DNA of 31,460 nucleotides from a virus. Taxonomy: Duplodnaviria > Caudoviricetes. Positions within the stretch are counted from its first letter, which is position 1, and every line of letters starts with the position of its first letter. Below, one piece after another: positions 8,716-16,706 of this stretch. The position numbers and the translations under genes were made by a program. The notes under the pieces were generated by a model. That model was not told where the DNA came from. It searched no databases and saw nothing but the letters and a program-made list of their open reading frames with translations. The DNA is taken from positions 1-31,460 of IMG/VR virus record IMGVR_UViG_3300047295_000050. The stretch is one strand, 5' to 3'.

Positions 8716-9480
8716 ATGGACGCAGATCAACTGCCCGTAGCGGATACCGCGACAGCGGAAACCGTGCAAGCGCCCGAGGTGACGGCCACCCCGGATGTCG
8801 CTACTGATGCGCCGGCTGATCAGTCGAAGACTTTTTCGCAGGAAGAAGTTGACGCACTGATTACCAAGCGGCTCGCAAAAGAGCAGCGCAAGTGGGAAAG
8901 GAAGCTCACGCAACCTGCCCAGCAACGACCCGTTTCTGCCCCCGCACCTACTGCGGATCAGTTTGCCAACGTCGACGAATACGCGCAAGCGCTCGCCGAA
9001 CGCAAGGCGCAAGAACTGGTTCAGCAGCGTGAGCAGCGGCAGCAACAGGAAGCCCTGCTGGAGAGCTATCAGGAACGCGAAGAAGCGGCCCGGGAAAAGT
9101 ACGACGACTTCGAGCAAGTCGCCCTGAACCCGAAGCTGCCAATCACGACTCTGATGGCGCAGACCATCCAAGCCTCTGACGTGGGGCCGGATGTCGCGTA
9201 CTACCTCGGGAGCAATCCCAAGGAGGCGGAGCGGATTTCCAGACTGCCGGCTTATTTGCAGGCTAAGGAAATCGGCAGGATCGAAGCCAAAGTGCAGTCG
9301 AGCCCGCCGGCCAAAAAAACCTCTGCGGCCCCCACGCCAATTTCGCCTGTTACTGCTAGGTCTGCGTCTACGACGTACGACACCACTGATCCGAGGTCTG
9401 TCAAGTACATGACCACCAGCCAGTGGATTGAAGCCGAACGGGCACGACAGGTGCGGAATGCCAAGAATCGCGCTAGTTAA
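8716..9480 (+). CDS. Capsid scaffolding protein (putative)
   Basis: Immediately before the capsid gene; acidic Ala/Thr N-terminus, KTFSQEEVD, charged coiled coil, Pro-rich linker, short C-terminal helix. Confidence 0.8.
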   Translation: MDADQLPVADTATAETVQAPEVTATPDVATDAPADQSKTFSQEEVDALITKRLAKEQRKWERKLTQPAQQRPVSAPAPTADQFANVDEYAQALAERKAQELVQQREQRQQQEALLESYQEREEAAREKYDDFEQVALNPKLPITTLMAQTIQASDVGPDVAYYLGSNPKEAERISRLPAYLQAKEIGRIEAKVQSSPPAKKTSAAPTPISPVTARSASTTYDTTDPRSVKYMTTSQWIEAERARQVRNAKNRAS

Positions 9481-9498
9481 CCGTTAAAGGAATTTGTC

Positions 9499-10704
9499 AT
9501 GGCTCAAAGTCTGTTGACCATCGACATGATCACCAACAAGGCGTTGGAGATCCTGGAGAACAATCTGGTCATCACCCGCAACGTGAATCGTCAGTACGAC
9601 GATTCGTTTGCCGTCGAAGGCGCCAAGATTGGCGACACGCTGCGTATCCGCCTGCCGGATCGTGCGCTGGTCACCGACGGTGCTGCGTTGCAAGTGCAAG
9701 AAGTGCAGCAGCAGTTCACCACGCTGACGATTGCTTCGCAGAAGCACATCGGCGTCAACTTCACCTCTGCCGAGATGGCTTTGTCGCTGGACGACTTTGC
9801 TGATCGCGTGCTCAAGCCTCGGGTTTCGCAACTCGCGGCCAGCATCGACGCCGATGTCGCCAACGCGTTCCAGAACATCTACCAGTCGGTGGGAACGCCC
9901 GGCACCACGCCAGCTACCTCGCTCGTGCTTCTGCAAGCCCAGCAGAAGCTGAACGAAGCTGCTGCTGTCATGAGCCCGCGCTACGCCACGGTTAATCCGG
10001 CGGCCAACGCGGGTTTGGTGGAAGGCATGAAGGGCCTCTTCAACCCGACCTCGACCATCTCGCGCCAGTTCAAGAACGGCATGATGGGCGAAGGTATCCT
10101 CGGGTACGAAGAGATCAACATGTCTCAGTCGATCAAGCAACACACCACGGGGTCGCGTACTGGCGCTCATACCGTCACTACCACGATTTCCACTCAGGGT
10201 GCGGCAACGATCAACATTACCGGCACGGGCACGCAAACGATCAAGAAGGGTGATGTCTTCACGATCGCTGGCGTGTTTGCGGTGAACCCGCAGACCCGTG
10301 AGTCGACTGGCAGCCTGCAACAGTTTGTGGTCACCGAGGACGCAACCGCCGTTGGTGGCGCGTACACGGGCGTGAAGATCTCTCCGGCGATCTATACGTC
10401 CAGCAACGCCCTGGCTACTGTGGACTCGTTCCCGACTTCTGGCGACACGATCACGTTCTTGGGTTCTGCCTCTACGCAGTATCCGCAAAACATGATCTAC
10501 CACAAGGACGCCATTACGTTTGGCACCGCTGACCTGATGCTGCCGCAAGGCGTCGACATGGCCAGCCGGAAGGTCCACAACGGGATCTCGATGCGGATCG
10601 TGCGCCAGTACGACATCAACAACGACCGGATGCCGTGCCGGATTGACGTGCTGTACGGGTACAGCGTCATTCGCCCGCAGATGGCCGTTCGCATGTGGGG
10701 GTGA
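9499..10704 (+). CDS. Major capsid protein, P22 gp5 family
   Basis: 401 aa; GAKIGDTLRIRLP, KGDVFTIAGV, CRIDVLYG motifs; AAAGGA RBS. Confidence 0.94.
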   Translation: MAQSLLTIDMITNKALEILENNLVITRNVNRQYDDSFAVEGAKIGDTLRIRLPDRALVTDGAALQVQEVQQQFTTLTIASQKHIGVNFTSAEMALSLDDFADRVLKPRVSQLAASIDADVANAFQNIYQSVGTPGTTPATSLVLLQAQQKLNEAAAVMSPRYATVNPAANAGLVEGMKGLFNPTSTISRQFKNGMMGEGILGYEEINMSQSIKQHTTGSRTGAHTVTTTISTQGAATINITGTGTQTIKKGDVFTIAGVFAVNPQTRESTGSLQQFVVTEDATAVGGAYTGVKISPAIYTSSNALATVDSFPTSGDTITFLGSASTQYPQNMIYHKDAITFGTADLMLPQGVDMASRKVHNGISMRIVRQYDINNDRMPCRIDVLYGYSVIRPQMAVRMWG

Positions 10705-10709
10705 TGAAA

Positions 10710-10958
10710 ATGCCGAACACCAAAGCAATTGGTGTGGCATTCGAGGATCCTGAACTCGACGGTGCAATCATCGGCAAGTCCGGTGGCACCGCCGGGTTCT
10801 ACGGAACCACGCCTGTCACGCAACGCGCAGCAGCGGTGCAAGCGGCCTCGGTCGTTTCCGCATCGTCTTACATCTCCGTGCCCGCGAACCTGGCTGCTTG
10901 GGCGGCCGAAGTCAACGCGACTCTCACTGGCCTCGGCCTGTGGAAAGGCGGCGCGTAA
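10710..10958 (+). CDS. Small capsid-associated protein, paralog A
   Basis: Follows the capsid gene; shares C-terminal domain with the next gene. Start may be 10704 or 10710. Confidence 0.7.
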   Translation: MPNTKAIGVAFEDPELDGAIIGKSGGTAGFYGTTPVTQRAAAVQAASVVSASSYISVPANLAAWAAEVNATLTGLGLWKGGA

Positions 10959-10976
10959 GCGCCAGAAAGGAACATC

Positions 10977-11276
10977 ATGTCGAACGCAAATTTCGAAGCG
11001 CCGAAAATCGGCGATGGCCAGCAGATGGGCGATGGCAACACGTCCGAAGGTCTTAACGTCGGCCGCAGCGGCCAGCCCGTGAACGTCCAGCCCGCCGCCA
11101 CCGGCACGCTGGGTTTCTACGGCGCAACTCCGGCCACGCAGCGCGCTGCGGCCGTGCAAGCTGCGTCTGTGGTCTCTGCGTCGTCTTACATCAGCGTGCC
11201 GGCCAATCTGGCCGCTTGGGCAGCTGAAGTGAATGCTACGCTGACCGGTCTGGGCCTGTGGAAAGGCGCGGCCTGA
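10977..11276 (+). CDS. Small capsid-associated protein, paralog B
   Basis: AAAGGA RBS; 44 consecutive residues identical to paralog A. Confidence 0.75.
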   Translation: MSNANFEAPKIGDGQQMGDGNTSEGLNVGRSGQPVNVQPAATGTLGFYGATPATQRAAAVQAASVVSASSYISVPANLAAWAAEVNATLTGLGLWKGAA

Positions 11277-11279
11277 CGC

Positions 11280-11969
11280 ATGACGAAGGTTGTCTTCTGC
11301 GTGCCGACCGTCAAGCGGCCTTACCAGCAGTGTCTTGACAGTCTGGAAGCATCCTTACCGTTGCTTGATGCCGCTGGCATTGAGCACGGCATGGTCAACG
11401 AGATAGGCAACCCGTACATCAGCGCAGCGCGGGCAACCATGCTGCGCAAAGCGCTGGATGCCAAGGCAGACATCGTGGTGTTTATTGACCACGATCTGTC
11501 TTGGCGGCCAGCCGACATGCTCAAGCTCATTCAGACCAATGGTGACGTCGTAGGCGGCACCTATCGGTTCAAAGCGGAAGCGGTGTCCTACATGGGCACC
11601 ATCCACAGCAAGCCTAACGGCACTCCTGTTGTTCGATCTGACGGCGCGATTCAAGCTCGTTTGCTGCCTGCGGGGTTTTTGAAGATCACGACCAAGGCGG
11701 TCGATGACTTTATGACCTCGTACCCAGAGCTTTGCTATGGCGAGAAGTATCGCCAAAGCGTTGATCTTTTTAACCACGGAGCGCACAAAGGCGTGTGGTG
11801 GGGCGAAGATTACGCCTTCTGCCGGCGCTGGGAGGAACGGGGCGGAGAAGCCTGGTTGGTTCCTGATCTTCAGTTGGATCACCACAGCGCAGATCGTTCG
11901 TATCCCGGCAACTACCACATCTACTTGCGCCAGCAACCCGGAGGAGACCTGTGGCAGTCATCTACCTAA
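11280..11969 (+). CDS. Glycosyltransferase, GT-A fold (GT2-like)
   Basis: VVFCVPT first strand, ISAARA, VVFIDHD (DxD), LPAGFLKI, GEDYAFCRRW, LDH. Confidence 0.82.
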   Translation: MTKVVFCVPTVKRPYQQCLDSLEASLPLLDAAGIEHGMVNEIGNPYISAARATMLRKALDAKADIVVFIDHDLSWRPADMLKLIQTNGDVVGGTYRFKAEAVSYMGTIHSKPNGTPVVRSDGAIQARLLPAGFLKITTKAVDDFMTSYPELCYGEKYRQSVDLFNHGAHKGVWWGEDYAFCRRWEERGGEAWLVPDLQLDHHSADRSYPGNYHIYLRQQPGGDLWQSST

Positions 11970-12142
11970 AGCACCCGTACCACGGCGAAAAAGTCGCCAC
12001 GATGGATCTGGAGGCCGAAGAAGATGAGCGCAACGGCTGGGAGCGTTATACTCCGGGCGAGGAATCGCCCCAGGTTGCCGTCAACGAACTGACTGCGCGC
12101 AGGCGGCGACGGGAGTCCGCCGATGTCTACCACAGCCGGTGA
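11951..12142 (+). CDS. Small hypothetical protein
   Basis: GGAGGAG RBS before GTG; IYLKHPYHGEKVA..EAEEDERNGW, Arg-rich tail; overlaps both neighbours. Confidence 0.7.
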   Translation: MAVIYLKHPYHGEKVATMDLEAEEDERNGWERYTPGEESPQVAVNELTARRRRRESADVYHSR

Positions 12143-12842
12143 CCAGATCAACGCCGCATTGCGGTTGATCGGCCAGCTTGCCGAGGGCGAAGCGCCCTCC
12201 TCCGCCACATCACAGGATGCACTGGCGGCTTTGAACCAGATGCTCGATTCGTGGAGCGTCGAGCGTTTGGCGGTTTACAGCACGCAGGATCAGGTGTTTA
12301 CCTGGCCGGCAAACATTGCCACGCGCACGCTGGGGCCGACGGGGAACTTTGTCGGCACGCGGCCGGTGCTGCTGGACGATTCGACGTACTTCCGCGACAC
12401 CGAATCTGGTGTGTCGTTCGGCATCGCCATGATCAACCAGCAGCAGTACAACGGTATTGCGCTGAAGACGGTCACGTCGACGTACCCGCAGGTCATGTTC
12501 ACCAACATGACGTTCCCCGACATCACGATGACGCTGTACCCGGTGCCCAGCAAGGATCTGGAGTGGCACATCATCAGCGTGCAGGAACTGTCGCAGCCGG
12601 CGCTGCTGAACACCACGCTGTCGTTTCCGCCAGGCTATCTGCGGTGCTTCAAGTACAACCTGGCCTGCGAGATCGCGGCTGAGTTTGGCGTCGAAGCCCC
12701 GCCCACGGTGCAGCGCATCGCCATGTCGTCCAAGCGCAATCTGAAGCGCATCAACAACCCGGATGACCTGATGAGCATCCCGTACAACCTCGTCAACCGC
12801 AGGCTGCGCCGGTTCAACGTGTACGCGGGTACGCCGACGTGA
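12123..12842 (+). CDS. Head-to-tail adaptor (P22 gp4-like)
   Basis: TAGDQINAALRLIG..LAALNQMLDSW N-terminus and YNLACEIAAEFG; precedes the gp10-like gene; GGGAG RBS. Confidence 0.75.
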   Translation: MSTTAGDQINAALRLIGQLAEGEAPSSATSQDALAALNQMLDSWSVERLAVYSTQDQVFTWPANIATRTLGPTGNFVGTRPVLLDDSTYFRDTESGVSFGIAMINQQQYNGIALKTVTSTYPQVMFTNMTFPDITMTLYPVPSKDLEWHIISVQELSQPALLNTTLSFPPGYLRCFKYNLACEIAAEFGVEAPPTVQRIAMSSKRNLKRINNPDDLMSIPYNLVNRRLRRFNVYAGTPT

Positions 12843-14725
12843 AGACACCCATCCTCGGATCGTCCTATGTGGCGCGGTCGGTCAACGCGGCCGACAGCCG
12901 CATGGTCAACCTGTTTCCCGAGATTGTGCCTGAAGGCGGCAAGGAACCTGCGTTTCTGCAAAGGTGCCCTGGGCTTCGTCTGGTGGCCACAGTGGGCGGC
13001 GGCCCGATTCGTGGCATGTGGAAGTTCGGCGATTTCCTGTATGTTGCTTCTGGCGGCAAGTTGTATCGCGCTGATGGCAACTTTGCGGTAACGGAACTGG
13101 GGCTGATCAACGGCAGTGGGCCGGTGAGCATGTCGGACAACGGCACGCAGTTGTTCGTTGCCTGCAACCCTGACGCATTTATCTACAACGCCAGCACGGG
13201 CGTGTTCGCGCAGATCACTGACGTCGACTTCCCTGGCGCCGTGACGGTGGGCTACCTTGATGGGTACTTCGTGTTTAACGAGCCCAACAGCCAGCGTTTT
13301 TGGGTGACATCGCTGAACGACGGCACGCAGGTTGATCCACTGGACTTTGCCAGCGCCGAGGGCAACCCAGACAACATCGTGTCGCTGATGGTCGACCATC
13401 GCGAAGTGTGGCTGTTTGGAAACAACACCATTGAGGTCTGGTACAACGCTGGCGCAGCAGACTTTCCGCTAGAGCGCATTCAGGGTGCGTTTATGGAGAC
13501 GGGTTGCCTCGCCCCGTACAGCGTGGCCAAGTTGGACAACAGCGTCTTTTGGCTGGGCTCGGACGCTCGCGGCAACGGCATCGTGTACCGGAACAACGGC
13601 TACAACGCGCAGCGCGTGAGCACGCACGCCGTGGAGTGGCAGATTCAGCAGTACGGTGTGCTCAACGACGCCATCGGCTACTCGTACCAGCAGGACGGGC
13701 ATTCGTTCTATGTGCTGACGTTCCCGACCGCGCAGGCGACGTGGGTGTTCGACGTTGCCACCGGCGCGTGGCACGAGCGGGCGGCGTGGAACGGGGTGCA
13801 GTTCCGGCGGCACCGCAGCAACTGTCAAGCCAACTATGCCGGCCAAGTGCTGGTAGGCGATTGGGAAAACGGCAAAATCTACGCTTTTGACCCCGAAATC
13901 TACGTTGACGAAAACATACTTCAAAAATGGTTGCGTTCGTGGCGCGCATTGCCACAAGGGCAAAATAATCTAAAGCGCACAGCTCATCATGCGCTACAGC
14001 TTGACATTGAGTCTGGATTTCAAAGCCTGATATCGCCATCGGCACAGTTAATTGAAAATCAAGGAGATCCTTTTGTCTCAACAAATGGTTGGGACACTTT
14101 GTATGAGCCAAGCATCGGCCTTACTTCTCCTGGAATTTTGAGCATTTCTTCTGGAATGCTCAGGCTTTCTATGCCGCCTATGGCAACAACGCCAGGTGTC
14201 GGCGCGGTTGCAATTTTGAACACAATTCCGGGGCAAATTGTTACCATTAACCTAAGGCTTTCACTGGTTAGCCCAATAGATGGTTCAACTTTTTGCGGCG
14301 CAATTGTTGGAAGTTCTGCGGTTAATGGCTCCTACGGATTTTCTCAGCAAATTTTGTCCGGAACCGAAGATGTAACTTTTGTGTTTACCGCAATTACAAG
14401 TCAAACATATTTGACTTTTTTGGTAGTTTCTCCGTTGACTTTAAACGGAGTGTGTGACTTGCATTACGCAAAAGCAACTGCCAATCCATATTTTCAAGGC
14501 GACCCCCAAGTCATGCTCCGCTGGTCCGACGACGGCGGCCACACATGGTCCAATGAACACTGGGCCAGCATGGGCAAGATCGGTGAGTACGGCAAGCGCG
14601 TGATCTGGCGCAGGCTGGGCATGACCACCAAGCTGCGGGATCGCGTGTACGAAATCAGCGGCAGTGACCCGGTGAAGATTGCCATCATGGGCGCAGAACT
14701 GACGGCCACGCCGACGAGCGCCTGA
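12839..14725 (+). CDS. Tail hub / packaged DNA stabilization protein (P22 gp10-like) with internal insertion
   Basis: DFASAEGNPD, YQQDGHSFYVLTFP, TWVFDVATGAWHER, MLRWSDDGGHTWS, WRRLG motifs; GTGA overlap. Confidence 0.85.
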   Translation: MKTPILGSSYVARSVNAADSRMVNLFPEIVPEGGKEPAFLQRCPGLRLVATVGGGPIRGMWKFGDFLYVASGGKLYRADGNFAVTELGLINGSGPVSMSDNGTQLFVACNPDAFIYNASTGVFAQITDVDFPGAVTVGYLDGYFVFNEPNSQRFWVTSLNDGTQVDPLDFASAEGNPDNIVSLMVDHREVWLFGNNTIEVWYNAGAADFPLERIQGAFMETGCLAPYSVAKLDNSVFWLGSDARGNGIVYRNNGYNAQRVSTHAVEWQIQQYGVLNDAIGYSYQQDGHSFYVLTFPTAQATWVFDVATGAWHERAAWNGVQFRRHRSNCQANYAGQVLVGDWENGKIYAFDPEIYVDENILQKWLRSWRALPQGQNNLKRTAHHALQLDIESGFQSLISPSAQLIENQGDPFVSTNGWDTLYEPSIGLTSPGILSISSGMLRLSMPPMATTPGVGAVAILNTIPGQIVTINLRLSLVSPIDGSTFCGAIVGSSAVNGSYGFSQQILSGTEDVTFVFTAITSQTYLTFLVVSPLTLNGVCDLHYAKATANPYFQGDPQVMLRWSDDGGHTWSNEHWASMGKIGEYGKRVIWRRLGMTTKLRDRVYEISGSDPVKIAIMGAELTATPTSA

Positions 14726-14726
14726 G

Positions 14727-15689
14727 ATGCAAACGCTGCCTCGCGTCCCAGCATCCCGCGACCCGCTGGTAGACCAAGGGGCGCTGACCACGCGCGCGTG
14801 GTTCCGGTTCTTCTCATTGCTGCAAGACAGCATCGGGCAGGCCAGCAGAGAGACGTTCACGCTGGTGCAAAACTCCACGGGCGCAACGCTTGCCAAGGGC
14901 ACTGTAGTGGGCTTTGCGGGCGTCGGCGCGGCTAACGTGCTGTCGGTGTCGGCTTACCTGGCAGACGGCACCACGCCGTCGCTGTACATCCTTGGCGTGC
15001 TGGATGAGACCATTCCCGACAGCGGTGCCACGGGCCTAGCGTGTGTCTGGGGGCCTGTGAGCGGCATCGACACCAGCGCGTTCAACGTGGGCGACATCCT
15101 GTACGCTAGCCCCACCGTGGCCGGTGCGTTTACCAACGTCAAGCCCACGGCGCCGGACAACGTGATACCGATGGCGGCTGTGTTGGTCAAAAGCGCGACC
15201 AACGGCGTGATCTTTGTGCGGCCGACGATTGAGCAGCAAAAACACTACGGCGAGTTCACCAAGACCACGGACCAGACTCCCGCGCTGACGAACACCGCCT
15301 ACGCACTGACGTTTGACAACACCGAAACGGCAGAGGGTATCAGCATTGGAAGCCCTGCGTCGCGGATTGTTGTAACGCAATCGGGCTTGTACCAGTTTGA
15401 CGCCACAATTCAGATCAGCAGCCAAAACAGCAACCCCAAGAACATCTGGCTGTGGTTCCGCAAGAACGGCGCGGACATCGCCAACACGGCGCGGCTGGTG
15501 ACCATCAACATCAACAACGGCTACGTCCCGATGGCGCTGGCCGAGTTTTTCTCGCTTGCCGCAAACGATTACATCGAACTAATGTTCGCGTCAAACGACA
15601 CTGGCATCACAGTGGATAATGTCGCAGCCACGGCTTTTGCGCCCGCCGCTCCGGCCGTCGTGCTGGCGGTGACCCAGGTTCAACAGTGA
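14727..15689 (+). CDS. Tail-associated protein with possible C1q/TNF-like C-terminal domain
   Basis: Follows gp10-like gene; TRAWFRFF N-terminus; SGLYQFDATIQ, WFRKNG, LAANDYIEL motifs. Confidence 0.6.
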   Translation: MQTLPRVPASRDPLVDQGALTTRAWFRFFSLLQDSIGQASRETFTLVQNSTGATLAKGTVVGFAGVGAANVLSVSAYLADGTTPSLYILGVLDETIPDSGATGLACVWGPVSGIDTSAFNVGDILYASPTVAGAFTNVKPTAPDNVIPMAAVLVKSATNGVIFVRPTIEQQKHYGEFTKTTDQTPALTNTAYALTFDNTETAEGISIGSPASRIVVTQSGLYQFDATIQISSQNSNPKNIWLWFRKNGADIANTARLVTININNGYVPMALAEFFSLAANDYIELMFASNDTGITVDNVAATAFAPAAPAVVLAVTQVQQ

Positions 15690-15696
15690 GAGCACC

Positions 15697-16698
15697 ATGA
15701 GCGTTTCGCTTTCCCCCTACGCTGGCGCTGGGGCGCAGTTCTTCGATAACAACGGCAATCCGCTGGCCGGCGGCCTGATCTACACGTATGGCGCAGGCAC
15801 GACAACGCCGGCAGCAACTTACACCAGCTTTGACGCCAGTGCGGCAAATTCAAATCCAATCGTTTTGGACAGCGCCGGCCGCACGCCCGCGCAGATCTGG
15901 CTGACGGAAGGATCGTCGTACAAGTTCGTTCTGCAGACGCCGTTGGGCGTCGTGATCAAAACCGACGACAACATCTTTGCGTCGTTTGAACTTGCTAAGT
16001 CCGTGAGCGTGGCGGTTGGCTTGGGCGCAAGCGCTGTGGCCACCAATATTGCCGTGGGCGACACGGCCTTGGACAGCAACACCACGGGCTCAAACAACAC
16101 GGCAGTGGGCTACAACGCCCTGACGGCTAACACGGACGGCTTTCAGAACACCGCTGTGGGCTCCGAAGCGCTGGACGCCAACACCAGCGGGGACTACAAC
16201 ACTGCGGTGGGCTATCAGGCCCTGACGGCGGCCAGCACGGCGAACTACAACACCGGCATCGGCTACCGGGCGCTGAATGCAGCCACCACCGGTGCGGGCA
16301 ATACGGCGCTGGGAAGCGATGCGCTGTTGCTTGCAACTGGCGCAAACAACGTTGCCGTGGGCTACGCTGCCGGCAACTCCCTGACCACTGGCAGCAACAA
16401 CATCGTCATCGGCTACGACGCTGACGTTTCTGCGGCAGGCGTCAACAACGAAATCACGCTGGGCAACAGCAGCAACACATCCCTGCGCGTGCCAGGCCTG
16501 ACAATGACTGTCGGCTTGAAGTGGATCAACAACGGTACGCAGACGGTGGCGGCGCTAGTTGCTGCGGCGACTGCCGGCGCAGGCGCTCGCGCTGTGGTGA
16601 CAGACGCCAACGCAACGACTTTTCATTCGGTCGTAGCCGGCGGCGGCGCGAACGTCGTGCCCGTGTTCAGCGACGGCACCAACTGGCGGATTGGGTGA
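15697..16698 (+). CDS. Tailspike/fibre-like protein with 14-aa beta-roll repeats
   Basis: Virion-attachment-type N-terminus QFFDNNGNPLAGG..NPIVLDSAGR followed by N(T)xGxxNTAVGxxAL repeats. Confidence 0.75.
   Translation: MSVSLSPYAGAGAQFFDNNGNPLAGGLIYTYGAGTTTPAATYTSFDASAANSNPIVLDSAGRTPAQIWLTEGSSYKFVLQTPLGVVIKTDDNIFASFELAKSVSVAVGLGASAVATNIAVGDTALDSNTTGSNNTAVGYNALTANTDGFQNTAVGSEALDANTSGDYNTAVGYQALTAASTANYNTGIGYRALNAATTGAGNTALGSDALLLATGANNVAVGYAAGNSLTTGSNNIVIGYDADVSAAGVNNEITLGNSSNTSLRVPGLTMTVGLKWINNGTQTVAALVAAATAGAGARAVVTDANATTFHSVVAGGGANVVPVFSDGTNWRIG
16045..16420 (+). repeat. Coding tandem repeat (~42 bp / 14 aa units, NTAVG type)
   Basis: NIAVG, NTAVG x3, NTGIG, NTALG, NVAVG, NIVIG at about 14-aa spacing. 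Confidence 0.85.
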
Positions 16699-16706
16699 GG
16701 TAAATC

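Noticed and set aside
10950-10963. GGCGC-GTAA-GCGCC hairpin as a terminator
   Set aside because: Only a 5-bp stem and no U-tract.
14018-14497. gp10 insert as an intein or intron
   Set aside because: No C-terminal His-Asn plus nucleophile junction or endonuclease motif; reading frame is continuous.
16045-16420. Periodic repeats as a CRISPR array
   Set aside because: Degenerate in-frame coding repeats; no identical repeats with unique spacers, no cas genes.
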